Source of the DNA: Eledone cirrhosa
Taxonomy: Eukaryota
Length of the DNA: 64,000 nucleotides
Direction of reading: 5' to 3'
Assembly: GCA_964016885.1 (NCBI GenBank)
Contig: OZ024743.1
Coordinates: 304,358,001 to 304,422,000, forward strand
The notes beneath the pieces are model-generated. The model had not been told where the DNA came from and did not search any database. It saw nothing but the letters and a program-made list of their open reading frames with translations. Shown here one piece after another: positions 14,155 to 28,463 of this stretch (positions within the stretch are counted from its first letter, which is position 1; every line of letters begins with the position of its first letter). The translations under genes were made by a program, and so were the position numbers.

Positions 14155-14273
14155 ATAGGAAAATGTTTGACCCCGACGGCAGAGCTCAAGCCGTTTCGAC
14201 GGCTATTTCTGGAGCCCAGAAATAGCCGTCGAAACGGCTTGAGCTCTGCCGTCGGGGTCAAACATTTCCCTAT
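14155..14273. repeat. Perfect 52-bp-arm palindrome made from the 3' half of a hammerhead
   Basis: 14161-14212 and 14216-14267 are exact reverse complements around the loop agc. The arm reads GAAA-cggc-ttgagctct-gccg-TC-ggggtc (stem III plus GUC site). A related fragment lies at about 28991-29031. Confidence 0.8.
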
Positions 14274-14683
14274 ATATATGCATATATATGCACACACCCA
14301 TGCATAAGTTCTAAGAGAAACTGAAATATAATAGCAGTAATTATTTGAGTGAAATGCACTGAAATAGGATAAAAAGAAGGAACGAATAGATATGATACTG
14401 AAATTATCGATGAAAACAAAAGGAAATATGTAGTTATAGCGAAGGTCAACAATTCGAAGACAGACAGATTATCTTGAAGAATGTAAATACCCAAAAACGT
14501 AAAATATAGCCGGAGGTAGGAATGACATTGAACAATGAAAAACATCCAATACGTAGGAAACTAATTCATGTGAAAGAAATACATATAAAAACTCGACTAT
14601 TTAAAACAGAAATTAATGAAAAGGAATGAATATTAAAATTTATGATACTTACAAACATACCTTAGAAATATTACAAACACACA

Positions 14684-14742
<59 letters not shown>

Positions 14743-14882
14743 TAGATACATCTACCAAAATAGACGGTAATGTCCAATCCGTATGAAGAACTCAATGTAA
14801 TCCAAATATAGAAGATATCATGAAAAGAGAAAGTGCATTCAAAATTTAACGATAAAAATCATAGGAAAACAGAGTCAAGATA

Positions 14883-15904
14883 AATTAATAAAAACAATGA
14901 AATAAAAACAAAGAACAAGTTCCTTATATTGAAAAAAAATCATAATTTTACGATCGTCTCTGGGATATATATGTGTGTTTTGGTATGTATATCATATTAA
15001 AGATCTATGTAAAACAATATAACAAATTATCAGAGGAGATATACATACCTTCAACTACATATGCCATCTTCAGAAATAATGAAGTATGTTTATTGAAAGA
15101 AACAAAGTATTAATACAAAAAGTCTGTTTGGGAACAGGTTTTGAATTGACCAATAGAAAAGAGTTAGAGGTCAAGTGGATAGGATAGAATAACAGTAGTA
15201 GAACTTTATGCTAGGAGTGGAAGAAAGTAAATTTATGCTTTGAATTTAAAGAATACTATAGGGAAGAGAAAGAAATGAGGTCAAGTCAATGAGGTCAAGT
15301 CAATATAATTTTAACTCTGTAAGTATAACTATCAATTAATTTAATTTCCTTTTTATGTATCTAGTTTCCTTGAAATTTAAACAGGAGTAGTATTTCTCAC
15401 TAACACTCTCAACCCACAAAAAAATATTTTCCCTTCGCTTTTAACAACATTCTTTAATAACATCAATTATTTTTGAGAATCCTTCACTATCTCATTGACT
15501 TGACCTCATTTTAACCCCTTTCTTTCTCTTCCCCATAGTATTCTTTTCCTTCAAAACATAAATATCTTTTCCTCCACTCCTAGCATAACGTTCTACTACT
15601 GTTATTCTATCAAGTTGACCTCTAACTCTTTTCTATTGGTCAATTCAAAACCTGTTCCCAAACAGACATTTTGTATTAATACTTTGTTTCTTTCAATAAA
15701 CATACTTCCTCATTTATGAAGATGGCATATATAGGTGAAGGTATGTATATCTCCTCTGATAATTTGTAATATGTTTTTACATAGATCTCTCATATGATAT
15801 ACATACCAACACACACATATATATCCCAGAAACGATCGTAAAATGGTGATTTTTTTTTCAATATAAGGAACCTTTTCTTTGTCTTTATTTCATTGTTTTT
15901 ATTA

Positions 15905-15907
<3 letters not shown>
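14883..15907. mobile_element. Fold-back cassette (about 420-bp arms) with long-stem-II hammerheads
   Basis: Arms are 14883-15304 and 15494-15907. The plus-strand core is cattt-ATGAAGA-[106 nt]-GAAA-cgatcg-TA-aaatg (15711-15845). The minus-strand copy has CTGAAGA but GAGA. Confidence 0.8.
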
Positions 15908-15951
<44 letters not shown>

Positions 15952-16499
15952 AATAAAGTAACAAGGATGATTGGTTACTCCGTTATTACGTTTATTAGCC
16001 GAAGAACCGCCATTGTGCAGATTTCTGCTAGCATATATCGTGTCCATATTGATATACGCAAATATATATGCACATAGATATGATACGTAAATTGACAACA
16101 TGCACATAAACTGAACAAAGATTGTGTTACCCTTACTTCTGTAATCAGTAAAGTAATCCATGATACATTTTAAAAAAAGGCGATAATGGAGATGGAAACG
16201 CGATGAAATTGTTGACGGAAAATGTTCATGAATCTTCACTTGAGAAGCTTCAAGCGGTGAATTTGAAAATAGATGCTGCTCATATGAATGAATGTATTAC
16301 ATTTACCAATATGTACAGTTGACCTTCGCTATATTGTTGTTTTACTGTATTCACATATAGACGTCTTACGTTTTTGCAGTGTCCCTTTTTTAGCAGTTAA
16401 AAAGAAACTGAAATGCATTTCAACTAAAACAGAGTGATAACTGTTTCACATCACTGTAGAATTCTTTGTAGACACAGTTGTCAGCAAACAGACCCCTTT

Positions 16500-19400
16500 C
16501 ATTTAAAATTTTTATATTTTCTTTTTTTTGTAACTCGTGATGATGCAACATACATCTGACCATGTGAGAAGAATTGTGTTAGATATACACCTATCTTTTC
16601 AAATGTCTACCCTTGTGCCTTGTTGCCTGTAAGGGCAAAGCCTGGTTTGACAGGAAATTGTTTGCAAGTAAAGGTGAAAGAGAACTCAAGCTCTTGAGAT
16701 ACATGTGGTATCTTTGGGATTAGCAACCTTGTTCCAGCATTGGGACACAATGCCACTTCAGCTTCAATTACATGATTATGTAAACTGATGATGATGTAGC
16801 GTGTACCATTGCAATGCCGTTTAAAGGATCCATATTTCTTAGAAGCATGATGCAACTGCCTTTCTTCAGTTTAAGTATGTATGTTGGGAAGCCTGATGGG
16901 GTAAGTTTATTGATTAACTCAATTGAATATTGCAGTTCATTATCTACTGTATCAAAGGGTGGTGGATTGGCAGTATTGGTAGAGAGTCGGACGCCATGCT
17001 TTAACGCATAGAGTTACGGCCCTTGCTATTCTGAGTTCAAATCCCGCCGAGGTTAACTTTGCCTTTCCTCCTTACGGGGTCGATAAAATAAAGTACCAGT
17101 AATACACTGGGTAATTGCTGGCCTTGTGCCTAACGTAGAAACAATTATCTACTGTATCAAAGCTTCTGTAGATTATTTCATGACCAGGGAGCTTCTTGAC
17201 CAATCTTGCTGCATCATTTGGTGGAGTGATAATGGCTCTATTTGCAAGCCATAGTGGGTTTGTGTAGTTTCCTGGAAGATTTGTATACACAAAATGACAC
17301 AGTCCATACACATTACCATATTCCATACAAAGCTCATTTGGCAGAAGAATTGTGAGTGCACCTACAGTTGGAACAGTTGGAATGTTAACAATTCCCACAT
17401 CAAGAATGTAGTTTGCAAACTGTCCTTCATCAGAATCCTCTGTATTAATTAACCGTTGATTGGTTGTCATTCCCATGGTTTCCTCATAGTCCCAGAGATA
17501 GGATCTCTTGAGGGCCGCCTCAACTATTTGTGGTGTAGCACCATGACGTACAACTGGAAGAAATTGCTTCCAGTCACCAGATAGTAATACTGTTAGACCA
17601 CCGAATGGCTTTTTGCAATCTCGAAGATCTTTGAAGCTGTCAAGGCATTCAAAGATATGCTTATGTCCCATACCTATCTCATAAATGATTATCAGGTCAG
17701 CTTGCTGCATAAGTTCACCTGTGTCATCCGTCTTTGTGAAGAAGCAAGTTGATGCAGCAGTCACATTGAGAGGAATCTTGCACTTGGAATGAAGTGTTAT
17801 ACCTTTGTAAAGCAAAGTTACTGCTATTCCAGATATGGTGCAAAGTTACTGCTATTCCAGATATAGTGCAATTTCTTTTTTAGATCGGAGGTAATCGAAT
17901 GGGATGTTTATGACATAGTTCTTTCCTGTACCTGTACTTTCATTCAAGCAGAAAATTCTACCTTCATTTTCTTTTACAGAGGTGATTACTTTGTGTAAAG
18001 TAACCAGTTGCTCCGGATTTAATGTTGGCAAAAGTTCATTTATGTTTGCTTGCAGTTGGTGTGTATTGAAATCAGTTTCTGCCATAAGAACCCTGTTGAT
18101 TTCTCGTATGGCAACAATAGTTGGGTATGGCCGATGAAGTCCATAGTTGGCATGAATGTCGAAGCCATCATCTTGAAGTCTTTGTTGGATTTTCTGTCGA
18201 ACAATCTGCACGGTTTGCATGGACATGACTTGCTCATGGCGTTTATGCATGATATCCTCTGAAAGACAATTCTTCCATTTCTCCCAGAACTGCAGAGGTT
18301 CATTTGGCATGCAGTACAATAGAATGGTGTAGAAGATCTCTCGTAGCTGAGGACCAAGCGTAATGGATGAGCCCTCGTCCATAGCTTTGTCTTTTTCTTA
18401 ATTTTCATCTAACAGACCAAGTTTCCTGCATGCTTCTTGAAATGTTGGAAATTTAACTCCTTCAGTTGTCCTCAAATCTTTGTATGAAGTTGACCCAGCC
18501 TTGTGATGTAGGATCATTCTGAGGTAATATAATTCAGATTGATGTCTACTGAGAGATACTGTTAGAATGCGTCTAAGTGATTCACTCATAAATTGTTGAT
18601 CACCTTCCAGATGTCCCTTTTTTCTTCTTTGCCACTTTTCGTTTGTCCAAGTGAAATATTTAGGAATATCAAAATACAATATGTTTTATGCCAGTGGGTC
18701 TCTAATATTCAGTTGAAAATATTCCGTCAACTTAATCAGTGCCTGTCCCTTAGAAACAACACTTTCTTCCTGTCCTCACTCTTACACGACCATTTTTTTC
18801 CCCAGGTAAATGGCAAGGCAACTTTACAACTGGCGGTTTTCGATGATTTAATGGAATTCATAGATTCTCCAGAATGCTTCACTGGCTGAGATGTACCGTG
18901 CATTTATATAGGTCTCAATCTCATTTTTGGCATGGACACAATTTCCTTGATCATCCTTAATAATAGTGAAAGGGATCTTGTTTGATCCTTTTGTGATATA
19001 CTTATATATGTACTTAACAGCCTTGACACTGTGGACAACATCACACTTGATGTGGCACTGATATCTCAATAAGAGCAAAGGGTTGTATGGAACAATCTAA
19101 CGATTATCAACAGTAAATTATTGACCTTAAGTTGGATTGTATGGGTGTGACCACCATGCTGTCTATCCCTTCTTCTATACCCCGGAAAGGAATTTTCGGC
19201 AACAAATATGGTTTGTGATAACTTTTTGTCCTAGCTCTTCCATACATGGGCACATCATATTAGCTTGTCCACATGGGCCATGAATGTTGCAGGATGTGAT
19301 GATCTTATGCATAATTGGGTTGGTCTCTTTATCAGGAATCTCACAGTACACTGCCTGATTAATGGCATCAGCAGTTTTGGGCTTGCTATCTTCAACCATT

Positions 19401-21022
19401 ATCAGCAGAATATGAGCATGAATGAGGCCACTCTATTGTAGCAGAATGAGCCACAGCTTTTCCTAGGACATTTCTTTTCAGTGTGTCATCTATGAGGCTG
19501 TCATACTTGATCTTGAAGACTCTTGAACAAATACAGGACGGTCTCTAGGTTCTTCACCAGGGTGCAAACTATTTTTTTGTTTCATCCCAGTTAGGGTTAG
19601 TTGTTACCGTGATGAAATAAGATGGCTTTCTCATGTGTTGAACCACATTCATCGAATTCTGAAAGCACTCACTGTAGAAGCGAGGGGAACTATAGATTGA
19701 AGGATGAAGACCAATTCTCCGGCCTGCATTTACTGAATCTCCTTCAGCCACAGCATCATACAAACCCTCATACTTTTCAGTATGTTACGGGCCCATTTGA
19801 GGTGACAATGTTCCATTTTTGCCTGGGCATCTACAGCATATTGCTGCATCAGCCGCCTGCTCTTCGTTATAATGTTACAGTCACCTTGCCTAATCTGAAA
19901 CCAATAACAGTATAAATCAGTGCGTGTGAATGTGTGGTTGTTGTCAATACTTTTCAAACCAGAATGAAACCCATAATTCCCCCAATCATAAGAACGGTGC
20001 AACTGATGAATCCTCTAAAGACCACCATCTCTTTTATGAATGATGACATCTAAGAGACCTAATGCTGTCTCAGGCTGAATAACAGCAATCCCAGATGCCA
20101 TGGGAAGATTATATGTGTGACAATGAAAATCAGTGGGTTCTAATTTGTCAGCATGTAGGACAATATTCACATTTTCAAAGACTGGCATTTCAAAGACTGT
20201 GTTGAAAAGGAAAGAATATTAAAATTTATGATACTTACAAACATACCTTAGAAATATTACGAACACAAATACAACACACATACATGCATATTTCTTATAT
20301 AGTTGTTGCAGTAGTGGAAGTCTTCTTGCAGGTTCTGCAGGACAGCATCATTTAAATTAGCATGATGCAAGCGATTCTGAAGCTCATGATCTGTATCATA
20401 GAAGTAAAGCTACGCAAACTTGGGTGAAGCATCACTTGGAAGTTGTGATCCAATAATATGACAAATCTTACCTTGGATCTTAAATGTGACTAAATCCTTG
20501 TGCTTTAATCTATTTGCAACCAATTGAAGCTAAGGCAAGCACATTGTTATATGCACGTATCTTATGGAGAAAAGAATTTCCTGCTTGAGTAATATCGAAA
20601 TATACCAGTATATTTGGTGTAGGAGGAGGAAGTTGAGAGAGATTCGATTTTCCCTGGAAGCAGCACAGAGATTTGGGTTCATGCGGCCAGCGATAAGCTT
20701 TGCAGTGCGGACTAACAAAGGCGAAAAGACTCCCTGCATTATATTGTGGCATTATGGAATGAACAGTTTGCTCTTGGAAAGGTTCATCTGCAGAATTCTT
20801 TGCCAGACCTTCAATTGACCTGCTCCTTCCACTCTGAACGCTTGGTGTATTTGTTGCAAATTGTTGTTGGTCTGTTAACTGAATTACATTTGTAGAAATG
20901 TGTTGGAATGTTGTAGAGCGATTATTGTTTGATTGATTTTCCCTCTTCTCTCTTTGTCGTTGCGCGTCTGCTGACATGCGATGGGATTTAAATGAGAAAT
21001 GTATTCTGCGTACCATATTCAC
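16500..21022 (-). pseudogene. Helitron Rep (HUH endonuclease) / PIF1-family helicase, fragmented
   Basis: Motifs in successive broken frames: CKAYRWPHE..LCC.G; IRAYNNVLALASIG; RLMQQYAVDA; YFITVTTNPNW (Rep motif 1); GLIHAHILL (HUH); HGPCG; KYIYKYITKG (motif 3); ARYISASEAFWR; ELYYLRMIL; TFQEAC; TGTGK; PFGGLTVLLSGDWKQFLPV; CNGTR; QFPVKPGFALTGNKAQG. Confidence 0.92.
16958..17143 (+). mobile_element. tRNA-derived SINE with 19-bp TSD, inserted in the Helitron helicase
   Basis: A-box-like tggcagtattgg and B-box gagttcaaatcc. The TSD attatctactgtatcaaag occurs at 16939-16957 and 17144-17162. Confidence 0.9.
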
Positions 21023-21143
21023 TCTCTGTCATGTATGTATAAATATATGTTATGTCTACGTTGAAATCTTAGAAATAAATATGTTAAAACAAAAAAATAA
21101 ATATATTTATATATATATATATATATATACATATCTTCTCACA

Positions 21144-21246
<103 letters not shown>

Positions 21247-21598
21247 TTACGCCTTCACGTATTCTGCTACACACTTAAACATACATGTACAAAACCCCTA
21301 TTAAAGGGAGACTATTCTTTATCCACCTAACCTTCACTCTTTGACATTAGAGATAGAATGAAATCTCTATACCATTTCCTGTCAGCATGACTTGGCAAGC
21401 TAATTAGAACACTGGATTAACCACTTTATTTCCCTCCGAAGAAGAGATATTATGTCGAAAATTAAGGATATTTAAATAAATTTAAGCTAAAAGACTAATT
21501 GGCAACAATATCTTTTGCATTTGCATTTATATTCTATATCCATACCTGCATTATCTTGGCCTTACATCTACAAATGTTTATATATATATATATATATA

Positions 21599-22038
21599 TG
21601 ATATTAAATAAATGGAAACTATATTTATAAAACCATATTTATTTCGTTATATATATTTCAGGGATATCATATTAACAATATGTTATGCCTTCTTCAGACA
21701 AAATAAATATAAACAGTCTTATAAATAAATAGATACGACATACCTTTCAATCACCTTGCATTTGGGAGGTTGAATTCAACCTCCCAAATGCAAGGTGATT
21801 GAAAGGTATGTCGTAGCTATTTATTTATAAGACTGTTTATATTGTATTTTGTCTGAAGAAGGCATAAAATATTGTTAATATGATATCCCTGAAATATATA
21901 TAACGAAATAAATATGGTTTTATAAATATAGTTTCCATTTATTTAATATCATAAATATACTCCAAATACTTGTTGAGTGCTTTTATATCAATTATAAATA
22001 TTTACTCGTTGTTAACGCAACAATTTAAATATAACTTT

Positions 22039-22041
<3 letters not shown>
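21599..22041. mobile_element. Fold-back hammerhead cassette, family H1 (spacerless centre)
   Basis: Palindrome centred on gaattc at about 21772-21777. HHR: tattttgt-CTGAAGA-stemII-GAAA-tatata-TA-acgaaata (21845-21910). The tail contains tactc...ttgagtgc. Both sides abut (TA)n. Confidence 0.85.
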
Positions 22042-22114
<73 letters not shown>

Positions 22115-22262
22115 CTGATACGCTGAAAAGGTATCTTTGAAATAAATTTATGTTTGAAATATGCATTATCGTCTGCTATTTGAAACACCAGATTAAATGA
22201 GAGAGAGAGTAGTACGAGGTAGTCATAACAACAGTGGTAGCAGCAAAACTCGTATCAAACCC

Positions 22263-22336
<74 letters not shown>

Positions 22337-22338
<2 letters not shown>

Positions 22339-23390
22339 CGTTTCTGAATTTGTTTAGCAAGATTCTTTATCTGAAAATGTGTGTTGAAACCAATATTGTT
22401 ATACTTTGGGAGGGTCATGTTTCCAATAACAAACACACGCACCAGTTACTTTCACTTCAATTTATTATAAATTAAATTTATAAATTTAGGAATTAATAAA
22501 TTTCCGGTTGGTTGGTTGGTTCCACAACCAGACGATTGTTCATATATTGTCAAAGTTCTTTCGTCACACATTATGTGACCTCTTCAGTGACTGGGGATTG
22601 TTTTCCTTGTTTTTGTGCTTCTCCCTTGTTCTGTCCTACGCCATCTTGTTTTTGTGTGTGTTGTGTGCTTAGTTTGCGCATGTGTTACATCCGGGTGTCT
22701 GTGTGTGTTTATATTTGTTTATTTATTTGTTTATTTACATGTTACTGGTTGGCTGTTTGTTCTATGCGTGTGTGTGTTTTCATTTTGTCCTTAATTGTAA
22801 GTTGTGATGTTGCTATTCTATTCATGCTTTCTATTTAATTTTGGTTGGAGTTCATTTATGTTTATTGCCTCTGCGATTTGTCTAAACAGACGCAATGTTT
22901 AGACAAATCACAGAGGCAATAAACATAAATGAACTCCAACCAAAATTAAATAGAAAGCATTAATGTAATAGCAACATCACAACTTACAATTAAGGACAAA
23001 ATGAAAACACATACACACATAGAACAAACAACCAACCAGTAACATGTAAATAAACAAATAAATAAACAAATATAAACTGACACAGACACCCGGATGTAAC
23101 ACATGCGCAAACTAAGCACACAACACACACAAAAACAAGATGGCGTAGGACAGAACAAAGGAGAGGCACAAAAACAAAGAAAATAATCCCCAGTCACTGA
23201 AGAGGTCACCTAATGTGTGACGAAAGAACTTTGACAATATAGGAACAATCGTCTCATTGTGGAACCAACCAACCAACCGGATATTTATAAATTCCTAAAT
23301 TTATGAATTTAATTTATAATAAATTGAAGTGAAAGCACTGGTGCGTGTGTTTCTTATTGGCAACATGACCCCCCCCCCCCCCCACAGTAT

Positions 23391-23396
<6 letters not shown>
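22337..23396. mobile_element. Inverted pair of PLE family A 3' ends (end of GIY-YIG, UTR, HHR, tail)
   Basis: Arms match 60750-61404. The centre is gtctaaaca-gacgcaa-tgtttagac (about 22880-22905). HHRs lie at about 22549-22592 (-) and 23191-23236 (+). Confidence 0.9.
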
Positions 23397-23434
<38 letters not shown>

Positions 23435-23561
23435 GTCACAGCCACTCCTCTCTTTATATACTCACACATACAATCTCTTTTTCTCTCTAACAATTTTATA
23501 AAATCAAAGAACATCAACATACACACACACACATCAGCGTGTTGAAAACTATCCAAATCGT

Positions 23562-23650
<89 letters not shown>

Positions 23651-24130
23651 TCTCTTTCTCTCTCTCTATGGTATAGATATACCAAAATTATTAAAATTTG
23701 AATAATTTTAAAAGAAGTGAATCCTGAATAATAGTTTTAATATATGTTTAATCATCTGTTACGAAATTTAGTAGATAAATTATGTAATATTCATTAATTA
23801 ATTATTTATTCAAAGTACTCCAACTTATTTTACAAACGGGATAAAAACATTATATTCTGGACGCAGAAGCACTCCTTGCTTATAAAAACTATAATAAAGC
23901 ACTCCTTGCTTTATTATAGTTTAGATTGGTTGGTGACGTACATTTCGCCAATGATCAGGGCGAAACGCGCGTCAACAAGCAATAAACGGAATAAAGGAGT
24001 AACCAATCGTCCTTGTCATTTTATTTCACTATAATACACTATGTCTAGCTCTACACCTCGACATCGAAGTGAACCTAAACATCGAGTGCTCACCCGCGTG
24101 AACCTATAGTAACTCCTAGTTTCACTCCCT

Positions 24131-24162
<32 letters not shown>

Positions 24163-24166
<4 letters not shown>

Positions 24167-25611
24167 CGTTTCGGAATTTGTTTAGCAAGATTCTTTATCT
24201 GAAATAGTGTGTTGAAACCGATATTGTTATACTTTGGGAGGGTCATGTTGCCAATAAGAAACAGTACGCCACCGTATGCAGTTCTCTGGCTACAATCAGA
24301 GAGATAGAATCAGAGTGTATAAAGGAGCCAGAACCAAATGGGAAAAAATGGTAAATAATGACATAAATGTGACCTGCCCCTTGTATAGGAGCAAATTTTG
24401 GAATAGAATAGAAAAAACTAGTAACAAGGCCAATAGAATAAACTCATGGTATGATAGCAATAAATACCAGAGTATAATGTTCATCAATACAACCCCTAGA
24501 GGCGAACTAGCCTACAAATTTAGAAGGGCCCTAAATAAACATAATCTCAATATTAAGATAGTAGAAAGACCAGGTACCTCCGTAAAAACTCTTATTAGCA
24601 AGACATACCCGTTCCAAAGACCCTCATGTATAGATAAGAAATGTATAACCTGTAAAATAAGCCCCCATATTAACTGTAAAACTAGAAATGTAGTGTATAG
24701 CATAAGATGTACTGAAGGACAATGTAGAAACAAAAATATAGTGTATATAGGTGAGACAGCTCGTAGGGGAACGAATAAATGAACACTGGCGAGACCTCCA
24801 AGATAATTGTTTCTACTATTGGCACAAGGCCAGCAATTACCCAGTTCATTACTGGTACTTTATTTTATCGACCCCGTAAGGATGAAAGGCAAAGTTAACC
24901 CAAGATAATAAAGAATCATCTGTGCTCTACCAACATGCTAAGATAGAACACAGGGGTAGATTAGAGAACATAGAAATAAAAATAGAATCCACACACAGAA
25001 AAGACGCAATGTTTAGGCAAATTACAGAGGCAGTAAGCATAAAAGAATTAAAACCAAAATTAAATAGAAAATATGAGTGGAACAGCAACATCACAACTTA
25101 CAATTAAGGACAAAATGAAAACACACACAGGACAAAATGAAAACACACACACACATAGAACAAACAACTTACAATTAAGGACAAAATGAAAACACACACA
25201 GGACAAAATGAAAACACACACACACATAGAACAAACAACCAACCAACAATAAATAAATAAATAAATAAACAAATAGATAAATGAACACAAACACACACAG
25301 ACACCCGGATGTGGCGCATGCGCAAACTGAGCACACAACACACACACAGAAACAAAATGGCGTAGGATAGAAGAAAGGAAAGGCACAGAAACAAAGAGAG
25401 GAATCCCCAGTCACTGAAGAGGTCACAGAGTGTGTGACGAAAGGACTATGACTATATATAAACAACTATCTGGTTGTGGAGCCAACCAACCAACCAGAAA
25501 TTTATAAGTTTGTAAATTTGTAAATTTATAAATTTATAAATATATAATAAACTGAAGTGAAAGCAACTGGTGCGTGTGTTTCTTATTTGCAACATGACCC
25601 TCCCAAAGTAT

Positions 25612-25618
<7 letters not shown>
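24163..25618 (+). mobile_element. 5'-truncated PLE family A copy with a short inverted tail and a SINE insertion
   Basis: ORF pieces 24276-24782 and 24922-25107 (RMQFSGY...CxxC...VVY.I.C..C...YIGETAR...LN) are nearly identical to 60115-60848. The inverted tail is 24163-24263. A SINE fragment at 24808-24899 has TSD ccaagataat. The HHR is at about 25409-25454. Confidence 0.9.
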
Positions 25619-25668
<50 letters not shown>

Positions 25669-25675
<7 letters not shown>

Positions 25676-26159
25676 GAAATGACAGGAGGCTGGATTTGTG
25701 TAAATCCTTGAAAGGTTTATTATACTATGATCATTTCAATGACCGGGATTCGTATGAATCCGGTGATATCATCAGGTATTCGAAATATAATAAGTGAATG
25801 TAATAGATAAAATCCATGGGTCTGAAAATCAAAGACCCGAGGACGACCGCCATCCAGCATCTTCCACCTTTGCCAGTCTATCTATTACATTCACTTATTA
25901 TATTTCGAATACCTGATGATATCACCGGATTCATACGGAACCCGGTCATTGAAATGATCATAGTATAATAAACCTTTCAAGGATTACACAAGTCCAGCCT
26001 CCTGTCATTTCTTTATAATATTTAACTCTCTACTAGCACCACCAGCTACAAAAACAAAGACGGTTGAACTGCTTTACGTTGAGTACTCTCCATATTATTA
26101 CATTAAGATTGACCATACGGAATTGACCAGCTCTATCCAGTGCTGAACCTCAAACCTGA

Positions 26160-26160
<1 letters not shown>
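25669..26160. mobile_element. Fold-back hammerhead cassette
   Basis: Arms are about 25669-25808 and 25878-26019. HHR: atac-CTGATGA-tatcaccgg...ccggtcatt-GAAA-tgatca-TA-gtat (25909-25966), followed by AATAAA and gttgagtac (about 26078-26086). Confidence 0.85.
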
Positions 26161-26214
<54 letters not shown>

Positions 26215-26215
26215 C

Positions 26216-26276
<61 letters not shown>

Positions 26277-26359
26277 TGTGTGTATATTTGAAGATGAATG
26301 AACAAAACTCAGGAGGCAATTGTACATAGTTATATTAGGTTCACACTTGGTGGAAGCGG

Positions 26360-26402
26360 AGGTGGTTTCAACGTTTCGGACGGAACTCCTTCATCAGGCA
26401 AT
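26360..26402 (-). ncRNA. Hammerhead core with poor stem I at the end of a pyrimidine-rich 3'-UTR-like segment
   Basis: Minus strand reads CTGATGA-a-gga(gttccg)tcc-GAAA-cg-TT. Stem I is not well paired. Confidence 0.5.
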
Positions 26403-26619
26403 TTCGGATAGAGGAGAAATGGAATTCAGAGAAGAAATAAGGAGCGATTTAAGGTGGGAAGTTACAAAGTAAGAAATAAATAAAATAAAGATATAAATAA
26501 AAATAAAAAAGGATAGGTGGAAGATGGAGGGATGGTATATATGTGGTAAAGTGTGTATTGGTGGGTTGATGGTGTTATATATATGCGCATATATAATTAC
26601 ATATTCCAAGAAACAACTG

Positions 26620-27122
26620 GATAAGTTTAAAAGCTGCCGATACTTCTAAGTGTAATGCTTTCGTTTGAACGTTATAATCACACCTACCATATATGCTAGA
26701 GAAACCTGGAAAGTGACTGCCAGAATTCTAAGGACGTTCCCCATTTTCCAAAGAGATGCCTAAGAAAAATCCTGAAAATCACTTATTGAGACCAGATTAT
26801 TGATGTAGACGTTCTGAAGAGAAGTAAACAGATGCAACTGACTGTCACCGATACTGAAAGGCACCTCAATAGCTAGACACATTGTGCGCATGTCTGAGTA
26901 CCGGAAATACTCTGTGGCAATGGGAAGGATTCCAAATGGTGGTAAGTGGAAAAAAGGGAGACCCAAGCAAACCTGGTGTTCAACTTTCAAAGAAGAACTC
27001 CAGAGGATTGGACTAGAGTGAGAAACTAAGCAAAATTCCGCAGCTGATCATATAAAATAGGGAGGGCTTATTGGTCAATATGCCCCAGGGTATCGGAAGG
27101 ACTAATGCTAATAATGCTAAAA
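26620..27122 (+). mobile_element. 3' end of a degenerate RTE-clade LINE
   Basis: IYARETWKVT...RCLRKILKITY*DQI..VDVL...HIVRM...GKWKKGRPKQTW..TF.EEL, followed by a short-repeat tail (ctaatgctaataatgctaa). An inverted copy lies at about 28212-28450. Confidence 0.8.
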
Positions 27123-27428
27123 ATAGGTGAAAGCTAGTAGACAATGTACAACTAAACAGTTTTGAAGAGTATTTATGTATTTTCTTTTTTGTATAGTATT
27201 CAATATAATTAGTTAGTGCCGTAGCTGTGTGTGTTGTAATATGATGTTTGTATGTGTGCGTCTGTGTCAGTAAGAACGTAACAGTAATTTCAAAGTCTGT
27301 GTGATGACGCCGCTACACACTGCAATATATGAAGATTACACTACATTCATTCAGTTAATATTTGAACATACTGCTCTGTATAAGTGTACATTTGTGTGTG
27401 TATTTGTGTGTATATATATATATATGTA

Positions 27429-27927
<499 letters not shown>

Positions 27928-28463
27928 TATATATATATATATATATATATATACAAATGTACACTTATACAGAGCAGTATGTTCAAATATTAACTGAATG
28001 AATGCAGTGTAATCTTCATATATTGCATGTGTAGAGGCGTCATCACACAGACTTTGAATTTACTGTTACGTTTTTACTGACACAGACGCACACATACAAA
28101 CACACATATTACAACACACACAGTTATGGCATTCACTAATTATAATGACTACTATACAAAAAAACAACAACATAAATACTCTTCAAAACTGTTTAGTTGT
28201 ACATTGTCTACTAGCTTTCCACCTATTTTTAGCATTATTAGCATTAGTCCTTCCGATACCCTGGGGCATATTGACCAATAAGCCCTCCCTAATTTATATG
28301 ATCAGCTGCGGCATTTTGCTTAGTTTCTCACTCCAGTCCAATCCTCTGGAGATCTTCTTTGAAAGTTGAACACCAGGTTTGCTTGGGTCTCCCTTTTTTC
28401 CACTTACCACCATTTGGAATCTTTCCCATTGCCACATTGTGTTTCCGGTATATACATATATAT

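Noticed and set aside
16958-17050. tRNA gene
   Set aside because: The A/B boxes belong to a multi-copy SINE with TSDs, and there is no complete cloverleaf.
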